Positions 35,186-48,615 of a DNA stretch of 64,000 nt are shown here, piece by piece. The stretch spans positions 2,728,001-2,792,000 of the forward strand of contig NW_027191404.1 of assembly GCF_041146345.1 (NCBI RefSeq), in the 5' to 3' direction. Position 1 is the first letter of the stretch. Each line of letters opens with the position of its first letter. Both the position numbers and the translations under genes were made by a program. Below the pieces are notes generated by a model. That model worked only from the letters and a program-made list of their open reading frames with translations. It made no database searches and was not told where the DNA came from. Source of the DNA: Neodothiora populina. Its lineage: Eukaryota.

Positions 35186-36323
35186 ATGAGGACCAAAGAT
35201 GCGAGCTCACCAGGGACTAAGCCTGCTTTAGAGTGGGCGATTCCATCATCAACATGGGAGGCACTCTGCCACCCGCACGTGGAGATCGTTTCCCGTGAGG
35301 TTGAGGCATATTTCCTGCAAAATTGGCCTTTCCCCGATAGCAAAGCAGAACAAAATTTCACTGGCACCTGTTTCTCCAGAAGCACCTGCTTGTTTTTTCC
35401 GTTGGCGAAAGTTGATCGTATCCAACTAGCTGCCCGTCTCCTGACAATCTTGTCGTTAATTGATGGTCTGCCAGAGCGAGATTGTCTATGTTCAACTCAC
35501 TTGGTGACTGACACTCCCAGATCTTCTCGAAAACATGTCGTTTGAAGATGGACAAGCTTACAATGCAAAGCTCATGCCTATCGCACAGGGTGTCGTCCTA
35601 CCTGATCGCATGTTGCACTCTCTCACACAAATTGGGTGGAATGGCTGATAATCATTCAGGTTCTGTTCCAGTCGAGAATATCTTCTACGACCTATGGAAA
35701 AGTATGCGCGATCATAGCGAGACCCTAGCGAACCAAGTTCTTGAGCCTACTTTCACGTTCATGAGGGCGCAAACCGCCCGTACACGACTACAAATCAGTG
35801 ATCTTGGCCGTTACCTGGAATACCGTGAGAAAGATTTTGGCAAGGCCTGAGTTGTTCAACTAACCAAGGTCGACTAGAGTTACCTTGACAAGCTCCGCTC
35901 ACGTTTCGCAGGTTACTGTCAGCTCTAATGCGCTTCTCGATGGAATTACAGTTGTCAGAAGAAGAGCTTACGTTTATGTCACCAATTGAACGTAATTTCT
36001 CGAAGCAGATATGCGTGGTCAATGATATCTATAGCTTCGACAAGGAGCTTCTGGAATCCCAGAATGGTCACCAAGAGGGTTCAGCTCTATGCTCCGCGGT
36101 TCAGGTGCTCGCAAGCTGAATTGTCATAAACACCGATGCTGCGAAGCGTGTGCTTTGGACAATGTTTCGCGAATGGAAGCGCGAGCACGAAGAAATGTAT
36201 TCCGACACGATCTCAGAAGGCTGCAGTGTCAATGCTATAGCATACATCAAGGGTTTGGAATACCAGATGAGTGGTAATGAGCTCTGGAGCCGCACAACAA
36301 TAAGGTATAAGACAACGAAGTGA
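35186..36323 (+). pseudogene. Aristolochene-synthase-like sesquiterpene cyclase, disabled
   Basis: LCHP..YFLQNWPFP, LIDDLLE (DDxxE), FMRAQT, YLEYREKD, NDIYSFDKE (NSE triad), GLEYQMSGNELWS..RY. Introns 35466-35520, 35608-35659 (GC donor), 35847-35911 (donor reads CTGAGT). In-frame TGA at 36117-36119. Confidence 0.9.
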
Positions 36324-37014
36324 TGCTTTCTTGTCATATAATTAAATCACCTCAGGTATATTGACAGAACAAAATTGCACTGAAGTCATCATGTATCTGA
36401 AGAAGTTTACAAAACCAGACTTCGGTCACCCTGCGAGACAGGCTCGTCAACATGAAGTTTTAGCTTCACACTCTTGCCTTCGTAACGGCAGTGGTACAAG
36501 TGCAGAAGTTCATCTCCAGAAGAGTACAGCACAGGATTCGGCGAGCATAGTCCATCACCCAAAAGGGAAAGCTACAAGAAGCTACTGTGCTGGAATCAGT
36601 GACTAATGTACATGATCAAGTAGGGATCTGTGATGCGTCCGGCTTACGAAAAACTCATTGCCATGTCACACAACAGGAGTTCAGCCCAAGCCACAAGTGC
36701 CCTCTCAACCATGACTGTAGCCTAGAAACATTTCAAATTGGCCCTAACCTAATCAATTGATATGTTCGACAGAGTCGACTTGTATTCACGCCTCCAGCAT
36801 CGCGTCCAGCGCCGAAGTTTCGGGCCCAAAATCCGGTCGAACACCATTCACAAGACCACAGCTTCACCTTGACTCAAGGTCTATAGATCAATCGGAGGAG
36901 ACTCAACTTGGGATTTCAGCAGAGCAACAGTAGTTCCTATAAGCTCTTGAGAAGACTCCAACTACATATATCCTGACTCCCCCTGAGCATGTTTACAGTA
37001 GCTGGTATGGGGGT

Positions 37015-38857
37015 CTATCTTCTACGCAGGACCGGGACGATCTTCTCAACAGCAAACTCAGCGAGTACCTCGTAAAGAAAAGAGGGGTTCGATGTCGTTG
37101 GGGCTGGACTGAGAGATCCATCAATGACATAAAGATTGTCAGTTCCGTAAACCTTTGCAGTGAGGTCAACACATCCTTCGCCACCCTTCGTACCATCAGT
37201 ATCACCAATTTTGCAGGATCCTCCCCAATCTAGAGACAATTAGCGTAAATCTACATAAATGCGCACTGTGGGTCTTACGGTTGTTCCCTGCCTTATTGGC
37301 CTTCAGATGTGCCTCGTAGGAGGCGAGGTCACCAATAGGGACTGTCGAGGTACTCAAGCCTGGGTAGCTCGTGATTGCATCAACAAAGCGTTGCAATCCC
37401 AGGGCGTACATTTTGACGTCGGTGCTGTTCGTTAACCATGGACCAACGCCCTCTTTGAAGACCAAATTCCCGTCGGTGCCTAGGCCGATACTTCCGCGGC
37501 TAAGTAAACCCTCATTCAAGTTGAATTGGCAGTTGAAGGTACCATTGGTAGTGGTTGGAGTTGAGCAGATGGCTTGACAGGTCATTTCGACACCAGAGTC
37601 TTCGACAGTGATCCATGTTACCAATTGACGACCGGTCCCAGTGAGAGGGCCAGCGTGATTCAGATAGAGGTCGTCTTTGTAAGTCTTGGAGACGTTGTAC
37701 CCGTAAAAGATCTCCGAGTCATAAAATGCTGGAAGCGCATCGGTATCGTTGTATGTGATGATGTAATTAGTTTGAGGATTGTCATGCAAATTCTTACCCA
37801 CACGTTCGTTGAAAATCCACTCACTCTTTGGGTAATTTGTGAACCCAATGGAGGCCGCAGTAGTAAGCTCAGACTCTGGACCGATGCCAGACGCAAACAA
37901 GATTGAGGGCGTGTTCCAAACCCCGGCAGAAAGTACAACAGCGTCTGCGGTGATGACTGTGCCATTCACACTTACGCCGGTAGCCTTCGATCCGTCTCGA
38001 ACCACGTAATCTACATGACTGTACATCTTGAGCGTGAAATTAGGTAATTTTCTAGCATCTTGTAGATATCCGACGAGCGGTCCTCCACGAAGTCCGTCTG
38101 CTGCAGCATAGACATCACGACCGTAGGTATTGTACTTTTCGTCAACATCCTGTGATGTATTGACCTCCTTCAGGCCGGCAGTCTCTAGAACAGACCCCAT
38201 GAGGGAGTAGACCTGATCGTAGTAGAACTATTGAAACATCAGACCTATCCCCGTCGAATTTCTGACAACTTACCTTGTTATCACTCGACCAGTAAGGAGT
38301 TGGTGGAATTCTTGTGGCAACTCTGTGGATCGCGGGCTGGAAATCCTCCGAAGACCACCCCTCAAAACCATACGCATGATCTAAATACTGCGTAGGAGGC
38401 CAGAACTGCTGCATGGCGTTGATGGCAGTACCGCCACCCAGTCTACATGCTGCAAGTTGGCCTTCCGGTAGGTTGCCACAGTAATAGACCGAACTATTTG
38501 GTGCATTGTAGTAGCACATTGCATCGTGTCTAGAAAGGTTATTGCCAGGGTATTCTCCTTCTGACCATTCTGGGATTTCTCTGTTTCCATCGCGGTACAA
38601 CATTGGCCCACCATGCTCAAGAAGTAGAGTTTTGAACCCAGATTCGGCAAATCGCGTAGCAGAGACCAGACCACCAGCGCCGCCTCCAACGACAATAACA
38701 TCGCTGATAATTGTAAGTTCAACAAAGATCGTCACGCCGGCAAGTAAGGGAGAACTTACTATTCGCTGCTAGCTCTTGGCACAGAGTAGGCCTTGATACA
38801 CCTTGGTGCTGCGAGAAGGCCTATGAGCAGCGATAGCTGCTGGAAAGTGTAGCGCAT
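37015..38857 (-). CDS. Secreted GMC oxidoreductase, cellobiose-dehydrogenase-like flavin domain only (AA3_1-like); 4 exons
   Basis: Signal peptide MRYTFQQLSLLIGLLAA; YDVIVVGGGAGG, ACRLGGGTAINA, GLRGGPL, VGKNLHDNP; catalytic NHWGGSCKIG and TSNP. Introns 38704-38759, 38228-38273 and 37230-37278. Confidence 0.85.
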
Positions 38858-41800
38858 GTCAGGCAAGGAAGACGAGTCAATTTGTCTGTGAAGGTTATTC
38901 TAGTAGTAGTGAAGTGCAGAGTATGTGGGCTGGCTTCTGCATTTATACAAGTGAACTCAAAAGCAATCTGATCATGCTATGTACATGCACCTGTGTGGCT
39001 GGTTTCATCTATCCCAAAAAGTCTTGCTTGAATTATGTCGACCTCCCAGTTCGGAGGATAGCCGCAAGATCGACAATCCTATGTAGGGATACAAATGCTT
39101 ACGCGAGCCACGAGGAAGGTATCGGAACAAGGGAAGACATACCTCATATGCAAGCGGAAGGTTCGGATAGTACATGGAACGCGATAATTGGCGGACGATA
39201 CAAGCTTTGCCGTTCTTGATGTTTCATTCGCTTATTCTAAACAATGATTTTGAGCATTGGGATCTTTAATCAGTCCAGTATAAGGAAAACTTTCGGCTGA
39301 GAAATGCGGTAATCCAGTGCTACCTTCCGTTCTCGTCGTAGGTCCAGTAACAATGTGCTAACACTATACAGTATCTCTTCGTTAAGAGAATAGAGGCTTA
39401 GCCATAGTGGTTCATACACCATTGTAACTTAGGGCGATGCAGCAGTGCTTGTGGACATGATACGGGCCATCGACGACAGGAAAGATGCGTAATCTGATAT
39501 TTCGAGGTCTAGATGGCTGTATTAAATGAAAGCGGCGTATCTATAGATTGGCTTGGCCAAGCTAGTCTCCTCGAGTAGAGCGAGTTTACAGCGAGTGTCT
39601 ACATGGAATGGTTCCGATTCTGCAAATCTGGAGGTATACTCTACCAGCATCACTGACTAAAGAAACATCAACACAGAACAATGCTCGGCAACGATGGCAT
39701 AAGGATATTCAACAGCCGGGCATTCTAGCGCGGGCAAACATCTGACTAGCACAGACACACACTCCTGGCTTGCGACCAAGGATCCGTGAGCCTGTATCAG
39801 CATGTACCACATCCATCACACCTGCTCGGCATTTTCTTTTTCTTGATAACAAATGTCGAGTTAGTGCGATGCACACCAAATCTCGCTATAGTCACATTTG
39901 ACTGCCAAGCTGTGTTTGAGTAGGACATGAGCCCTCGCTTTATGCATATATCTTGCATATATAGCCTAAATTGAATAGAGGGCCGCTTGGCTAGATCATG
40001 ATTAGCATGCACACCATAAACAGCAAAGTTCATATGAATTATGATTATGCTGCAGCGCTACTTCAATCATGGCAGATGGAGCAAGATCCAGCATTTCGTA
40101 TGGCTATACTCGCTGATTTCATGTTGGGCAAAGAGTTTGAGACTAAAGACGATCCTCAATCTTGACGCAAGCTAGCAAATCTCGGCATAGGATAGACAGG
40201 GAGCACTTTCAATGAGGTATACCTACCTACATAAGTGTAGAAGACAAAACGGCGCTAGTAGTAGCTACCCCACAGGGCGGTGCTGTCGGCAATCATATCG
40301 TGTTCACAAGCAAGACGGCTTCTGTGCCTTATTAATGTGCAGTAGGTAGGAAGCCATGATATACAGTACATGTGTGCACGTACCTTTCTCTAGACGGGGG
40401 TTGATAACGCATTACTGGCGCCATTGATGCGAAGATTCGGTATGCACATGGCCAGGGCCAATCTAGGGCAATGACTACTGCAGTGCAATTTTTGCGAGTC
40501 TGCATTTGTGCACTGCCACCTATCTGTTCGTCCCTTGCCACGCCGGATAAGGTGTTATCTGAGCGCCGCCGAAGAGAGTCCTCGGCGTCTTCTATACTAG
40601 ATGCTGCCAATAGGACCGACATCCTCTGTCGACACCATCCATTCGCCTCCAATCGGCACATCTCGAGTTTCACTTCCTTCGGATCAGGTTGTTAAGAGTT
40701 AAACTTTGAGTCTCATAAATACCTGCAATCAAAAGTCCCCACAACCATAACAATCAAACTGGTTTTGATTTTTGAACAGCCATCTTTTGACATGTAGAGT
40801 ATCGTTAATTGTACTGTACCTAACTCATTATCTATTGCCTTCACGACCTTAACTTTATATTTCGTTGTCTGGCATGAGCATGGTCTAGTGATAATCGAAC
40901 TACGCGTGTTGCTGAATAAACATATGAAGATGGAATTCATTTATGCTTTAGAGATAAACACAATGTAAGCTTCTTAATGATTAATGATTGATGAGCTGCC
41001 AGGTTCGAGGGGGCACAGCTTAATGGGATTGAGCCTCTTATCATGATTGTCAAAAGTCTACCTTACTAAGACTAAGTCAGCATAATTCATTTATAGAGAA
41101 CAAGATTATATTCGTATACGCAAGGAACCAGCCCTTTGTGACGAATAAGATGGTGTCCTAACAGAGCCTGCGATTCACGACTCGTTAGAACCTTGTCTAC
41201 CATTACTGGGTAGCGAACATTACTGCTAGAGTACTTTCTACCGCATAACCTAGTATATCAGTATGCGAGGCTACCACACCACACCAGAGGAGATCTGCTC
41301 TAATAATGCTCTCAGTCTGGCTGCTGTTCCAGGCCTTACCAATGATCTCAATTCGAGCTAGTGCCGTACAACTTCTATGCTTTGTAGTGACGGAGTTGCT
41401 GTGCCAAATGTTATCAAATCTCAAAGCGAACACTGCGATGCTACATACCTTAGTTATTGCAGAACAAGCTTGACTACATAGTGAAAGCGGTCGAGTCCCT
41501 GTTCAGAGAATTGCGATATCCGTGGTGGGAGGCCATACTTGAGAGGCAGTGTGTCGAGACCATGTGTAGCTCCTTAACAACGACTAATCAGCCATGTTAC
41601 AATTCTTGCAGGATTCTGGGAAGCTTCGACCAAAGATCCCACTCCTACAGTAGCAAGAGCCTACAAAAGCATCTCGTAGGCATTCTCTTTAAGTACAAAA
41701 AAAACGATGTGCGAGGCAGCAATGTTAGTACAACAGGATTTTAGAACGACCGATTGTAAGATAATGAAGCAGTAAAGACCTGTGTTTCTTAATTACATAA

Positions 41801-43055
41801 CCTGACTCGGAGCGCTTCCTTAACTAACGACAAGGCATCGCATTATGATAAGCATGCAGCAGAAATACTATCAGCTTGGCGCAGCTGTAAGTTTCATTAG
41901 TTTTAGGTACCCTGACCTTGGGAAAGCTTACTAACGACTTTTTTATTGTTATACATGAGTACTTTCCATATCACTCTGGTAGCTAGAGGGTGATTCAGAG
42001 CTGAATGAGACATGATACACTAAAAAAGGGCTGACTGTTGCTCGCAAGCTGTTCAGCTCTCGAGTTATATCTTGCTAATACACGCGAGATCCTCGGAGGA
42101 TGCTTTAAACGACACGCGCCGCAGTATAACCATGAGGATTTGGTTGCAGACTTCCACAGAGGGTTCAGTCTGACCACTGCTCATTGAGGTGCAATGGGTG
42201 GCAACAATTTTGGGAGATGTCACATGATCGCCGGGCCTGACCTAAGCAATCAACCATTCCTTTGCAGCCAAGCCATCTCACAATATATGGCTAAGCCGGT
42301 ACACTTGACTGTGAACTTGGTGAGCATAGATTAATAACCCCTGGTTTATCTCGAGTATACTAATCATCGAGGCATATCGACTAGGCTCTGCGGTTGAGGC
42401 TTGCATAAAGCACGTTTTCGATGCTGCCAGCATCAGGCTGTCAGCCCGCTCTGCTGACCCGTCGCGGCATTCCGCATTCATCTATGTCTCACTTTAAGAT
42501 AACGCTGTTATGTATATCTTGTGAGCAGGGAGATTGACTATATGCTCTGGCCGTAAACAGACGATTGGCATGCACTTAGCTATACAAGATGTAGAGTCGG
42601 CTCAATCCGTTTATATTGGGCATGAGCTCACAAGACATTCAATAACATAATAATAACAAAGCCACTTTCGAGACCTTCGGGGTAAATCATCTTTCACTGT
42701 TAGCGTCGTAGGGTAGAGATGCTTCAAATCATCTTTCAACTCTGATCATTACGAAAGCCAATTTTTCAATTGTCTAGGAAGCAGCAATGTTTAGATCGAT
42801 TGTACAGACCCTGACATGGCATGCACTGATTTGCTGGGATAAGCATCTATCAACCGCACCTGTTGTCAGCTTTTCATGCATAGCGGATGGTCGTCAGCTC
42901 AGCTCCACAGTAGCGTTAATCATGCTCAAGCGTGAACTGGGGACTTATTCCTAGCAACGATACGATAAATTGCTGCGATGTTCTATACCTTCGCTCCACT
43001 TAGTCCTCCCCAGTTTCTCGTGCATTTATCATCGTATGTGCTGATCTTACAAAAG

Positions 43056-44528
43056 ATGGCGAAATCTATTATCACGACCGCTGCCTGTAAGATCATCCCT
43101 GAGGATACTAAGATTCCTCCACCAGGCGCCGCTCTTGGTTGTTGGCTCCCGAAAGAGCGTGCGACTACTGCAGCATGGCTCAACACGAAGTTGAAGCAGC
43201 TCGACAGCAGCACGGGTTTTGCTCTCGCTCCAAGTATCGTAGCTCTCAGAAAGCTTGTTGATGAAGACGCTCTTCTTATTCAACTTTCAAAAGACATGTT
43301 TACTCAGGTTCCTGCTGCGTATGTCAACGACCCGACTGAACACGTCCAGGTGCGTGACTTTGAGACGATGCTTGGTCTAGTTAACTTGATCTTGACGGAA
43401 GGCCCTGGATGGTACGATGTACCTGATGATACTGCAATGGGCCTGATCGGACTCCCAATAAATGCCATATTGGATTGGCCTATGGGAACATCTGCGGGAT
43501 ACATGTTCTTTACCATGTTCCCTGAAGTCAATGCAAAATGGCGGGGTATACTCGCCGCGTTTGGGGAATTCCTCACGAGTCCCGAATCAAAGAGTTTGCT
43601 CAACCAATCGACTGGGTGGCTCTCTCCGGATGCACTTACTAAATTAGCTATGAAAGGCAACGATGGTGTCACAAACTATTCTTTTGAACAGCTCTATGTC
43701 TGCGACCCGTCCAATCCTTGCTATGGCTTTTCAAATTGGGATGCTTTCTTCACCCGTCGTTTTCGAGAAGGGATTAGACCAGTGCAATTTCCAGACGATA
43801 CACCAATCGGAGGCCCTGGTTATGAGACGCTTAAATAAACAGGCGGAGCCATGCAGCTACTGAGAAACATAAGATCCCCTACCCAGGTCATTCTTAATGT
43901 CTGCGAATCTACCCCACTCCAGTATGTCACGAAAGCTCAGCTCCACGACACATTCTGGCTCAAACAGCAACCCTACTCACTGGACAATATGCTTGATCAC
44001 GACCCTAAGACTATAGAATTCAATGGAGGCAGTGTCTACCAAGCATTTCTGAGTGCTCTCTCATATCATCGCTGGTCTGCCCCGGTGTCCGGTACTGTCG
44101 TCTCGACACGGATCGTGCCTGGAACCTGTTATTCTGAGAACATCTACGCAGGCTTTGGTGGTCCCGATCCAGATCCAAACGCTCCAAATCACTCTCAGCC
44201 TTATATACCCGCAGTTGCAACACGCGGGATCATATTCATTCAATCCGATAACGATGCTATAGGTCTTATGGCCATTGTTTTCATTGGCATGGCTGAAGTA
44301 TCTAGCTGTGAATTCACAGTCAGTGCCAACGAAAGAGTCGAAAAGGGTCAAGATATTGGTATGTTTCACTTTGGCGGCTCGAGCCATTGCATGGTCTTCA
44401 GGGGATCAGTCAAGTTGCACTTACTTTCTGAAATACCGCGCATTCCTCACGAGCAAAACAACAATGCAGTAAATAGTGCTCTTGCAGTAGTTCTCTCTGA
44501 CGAAGAGACACTGGGGGGCATGGTTTAG
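43056..44528 (+). pseudogene. Pyruvoyl-dependent decarboxylase of the PS-decarboxylase/PsiD-like family, interrupted by an in-frame TAA (or a defective intron)
   Basis: LIGLPINAILDWPMGT, GFSNWDAFFTRRFREGIRP, NVCES, FWLKQQPYSL, YQAFLSALSYHRWSAPVSG, FIGMAEVSSC and self-cleavage FHFGGSSH. The two ORFs share a frame, separated by TAA 43836-43838; no frame-compatible canonical short intron was seen. Confidence 0.8.
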
Positions 44529-46991
44529 TACATGAGGGTTTCGAGTCGGCATACAAGCCATGATCTGTATCAGGCCCTTACAACAGGTCAATTAGCTCAG
44601 CTTAGTCACCCAAATCGCCGTTCTGTTTTATTCTAGCCCTATCACCTATCATGAAACTGCTCCGTGTAGCTATCTAGTACATCAATCTATCATGCTATGT
44701 GGTTCACAATCCTTACATACCTATCTATACCATATAGTCTACCAGTCGGCGTACGAGCAACGGAATAAAGATACCTTCGATCTTTCGTTCGTATCAGCTA
44801 TCCGGATTATCACGCTGGTGCCTTCCTCTGCAAAATATCACTGTCCAGACAAAGGAAAATTAGCATCCGGGATGCGAAATCCCTCTTGCCGTGCACCGCG
44901 ACTCCATCATCGAAAGTTCGACTCTAACTGGTATATTTGTCGCTAGGTAGGGTTAGAGCATTGATGCGCTTGAGTAAAAGTTGTCACGGTAAGCGTCGCG
45001 CAAAATTGTCATGCAGAATGCCAGATATGCAAAGTTGAGGAAGCATTGCAGAATCATACCACCAGACTTTATGCCTGTTGTATCAGGACCATATACTCTC
45101 TGAACTTTTGTATAGTCGCATCTCTCCAGTCTCAAAACTGCTCAAGATTGAGATACAGGTATCACGACCCGGGGATATGGACGCCCTACACATTATACAT
45201 GCTGACCTAGGATCGCAACATTCGGCCTCTAGGGTAGGCATGTGGAAGAAGCTCAAGGAAAGCGCCAACAGAACTATCGTGGTTTAGTATGCTGCCACTG
45301 AGACACAGGAAACCCTTTTTTGTTTTCTCTAACGAGCCGGAATTCTGTATGTGTCTCCGAGATCCTTCTGCCGCCTTCTTGTCTTAGATTCCCTTGCATT
45401 ATGGGTAGGACACGAAGTGAGTCTGGTTGTCCAGCAGATTACAAAGTTATTTAGTGCGAATTTGACAGCCATTAGTGTTCCTACGCTCACTGCATGTTCC
45501 CTTGAAGTCTCGAGTCTGCCTTTGGAGAATCGCAGGCATTCCTGTCCATAAGTTTCCCTATAGTCTCGAAATCCATCCAAAGGAAGTACTCTACGATACC
45601 TCCGAATCACCTTACGATCTTGACCCAATACCTCGGATCCATACCCAATGACTTGCAAGTCAACGCCTACCCCCAGCTCGAGATCGCATAGGAGCCTGCT
45701 TGTACAACAGTGATAAGTAGCTGTGCAACTCACCAAAAACTTCCCCATATTGCGTGTAGTTTAGCCACGAAGCCGATGAAGCTTCAGCTGCCTCCACATC
45801 TCTGCAAGACACCGCTGTTGGAAGGTCGATGTGATCTAGGCTCCCAGAGCCACGCGCAGCTCTATGGCTATAGCCACAAATATTAAGACAGCCATAGGGT
45901 CTTTGAATGAACTTGTGATGCTTGGGTACTGTACCCGGCAATTCACGACACGGGGAATCTGGGATGCGCCAAAGTTGGGTACTATTATCTCAGCAGCTGC
46001 CATAACTCGCTTCCGTACTACCACGACAATAGGACAAGTAGTGAGATGGACATCCTTCATAAACAATCAGACCTCTCTTACGTTATAGCTTCTTCTATAT
46101 CACTTGCATGTCACCGTGATAAGGAGTATAGCAGAAAGTGCCGACCATTCACCTGATACTCGCGTTCTATGTCCGTGATTACCCAAAAAATCGACGCTTG
46201 CGAATCGAGATGCCGTGCAAGAGAGCAGGACCGCTCTCGGGGCCTCCACTGATGTTGACCTTTGGTGAGATCCTTACTCTGTCGTGTCTCTTGTTTCTCC
46301 CAACTCGCAACATTATCGAGACCACCGCGACTGTTCAACTTCGCGATTCTTGAGCCGGGCAGACTGAACAGATAATATGATTGGCAGCATGACTCGATTG
46401 TAGCGGAACCGTCCGAGCCATCAAAGTACATTACGGGATCACGATGAACCTCTACATGCCAATCAATGAAATATTATGACCCACGGTGGGGACCATGAGA
46501 CCACGCACAGCTTATGATTTGCCCGTCTCGATCTCGATCATCTTGCGTTCTGCAAGCCTTGCAGCGCTCCTCACATCGTGGGTAAGATCACTATTCGTCT
46601 CTCCTATCTCTTCGAATCCCCTGGAACTGCTCTAAGGCATGGTTGAATTCTCGTAAATTTCGTTTGGCCATGATTGTCGGATATCCTGGGTGAGTAGCCG
46701 TTGAGCCTAGTGTTGCAAGGAGTATGGAAGTAACGATGTTTTGATTGACGGAAGTGATGATGTTTTAAATATGTGCATAGGACCGATCGCCTTGGTACAT
46801 GCGCACCTTAGCAAATCCTGCTAGCTCGTGACATCCTTGGTAGCACGTCAATGCGCTACACGTGCTAGCTACCTCACATCACTATCCCAAAAGTCATAGT
46901 ATGCGAAGTATTGTGCCGAGCGTGGTGCAAGACAGTTCAAGGATTGTCTTGTTCTACATCTGCCGTTGAAGATATTTCTCTCAGGAAAGTC

Positions 46992-48615
46992 TTACACCTT
47001 ATAGGTATAAGCAGCAGCAGGGTGATCCGCTCTCACATGTGGCCTCTTCCACCGGCGAAGAACGTTTCACGCATACTACCGCCAGTCACAGGATAATCGT
47101 TTTGCAGAACACCTCTCGCCTTCAACTCCGGCCAGAGCCACTTGACTAAGTCCTCAAACGTCCCAGGCGTCATAGCATAGCTAAGGTTGAACCCATCGCT
47201 ATCTGCAATATCGATCCAATGCTGCAAGATGTCGGCCACTCGTTTCGGGCTACCCACAGCCTTTGCGTGCGCTCCCGAATTGGCGAGCTCTTGAAGCACT
47301 CTGCGCTTGGTCCACTTGAACCCCGCTGTGCCGGGCACTGTCGCTGTCCAGGCTTTGATCATCGATTGGATACCACCGAGTTTTGTAAACGTAAAGTCCT
47401 CATCATCGGTGGAAGTCGAAAGATCTGTTCCGGTCCAGCCACCGAAGAGCGCCGCAGTACCTTCCGAGTCTGCGTACTGTAGCAGGTCTCCATACTTGGC
47501 TTGTGCTTTCTCGTCCGTCTCGTCGACAATCATGAAGATACCTGTGATGAACCGTACACTGTCTGGCTCCGTTCCCTGCTCAAGTAGTTGTGCTCTAAGG
47601 TCGTATGTCAGCGGGGAAGTCATCAAAATTAGGGAGCATGTATTGCCTTGTATCTTGGACAATGTCCCGTGTCTTCTCAGGAATGAGACCAGGCAAGAAC
47701 ATGGCCTCGCTATGCTTAGCTGCGAAGGATTTACCCGACCTGCACAATATTAGGATTTCTTCGTAGCAATTAACCTCTGACACAGGACTCACGAAGAGGC
47801 GCCAGCCTGCAACAAAAGTGGTGTCCGCGGTGGGGAAGGACCAAGTAAACTTGGTCCAGCACATTGGAAATATTTGCCATTGTGGTCGATTGTTCTGACA
47901 GCCTTAGGACTAGCATATACGCCGGTCTTCTTGTCCTTGACCACAATACCCTCTTGCCAGCTTCCTTCTAGTAGCTTGTACACTACCTCCATGAACTCGT
48001 CTGCGCGGGTATACGGTTCGTCGTGTGGGATCTGTTCCTCAAATCCCTAGCTCTTTGCTGTCCAGGTAGCTTGTAACTACATTCCAACCGATTCTACCTT
48101 GTGTTATATGGTCAAGCGTAGCATATCTGCCGGCTAATGCGTACGGATTTCATAAGCTGTTGAGGCTGTTGTGCCGAAAGCGAGCACTTTTATCGCATAT
48201 GCCATTGCTGAAATTAGAAGACTCATTCTGTAGTCAGTATCTATAGTCACATTTACCCAAGGGATTGTATAGCACATGTACCTCGGATCTGCAACCGGAA
48301 TCTGAGCTGCACTTTTCAGTGCTGGCGCGTTGTTTGCAGGGCCCTTGTAGACATCGTATATTCCTAACACGTCGGCAAAGAACACGCCGTGGAACTTTGC
48401 ATCTTCGAGTAACTTGGCTAGGTTCACCCGATGTTCTAAAGTGAGATCACCTTGATCAGGATGACGCTAAAGTCCTGTGGTTATGAGCAGGGTATGATCT
48501 CTACATCAGAATGTAAGTCTGTGTTCTGACCTGGCGCAAGGTGACCTGGCGCGTTCATCACGAAGGCTTTCATAATCCATGGACGGCGAGGAGCCTCGGC
48601 TATCCTTTGAGGCAT
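46992..48615 (-). pseudogene. FMNH2-dependent monooxygenase, DszA/NtaA/SnaA (luciferase-like) family, multiply disabled
   Basis: AFVMNAPGHLAPGL*RHP (TAG 48467-48469), LLEDAKFHGVFFADVLGIYDVY, TLDHITQGRIGWNVVTSYLDS, RTPLLLQAGASS, GKSFAAKHSEAMF, DGFNLSY, ELKARG. Several frameshifts and stops; introns present. Confidence 0.9.

Noticed and set aside
39052..39403. Cellulase-regulator sites upstream of the CDH-like gene
   Set aside because: CGG-N7-CCG does not fit the CGG-N8-CCG spacing, and a single GGCTAA is expected by chance.
42684..42738. 13-bp direct repeat AAATCATCTTTCA x2
   Set aside because: Only two copies with no element features; not CRISPR-like and not a credible target-site duplication.
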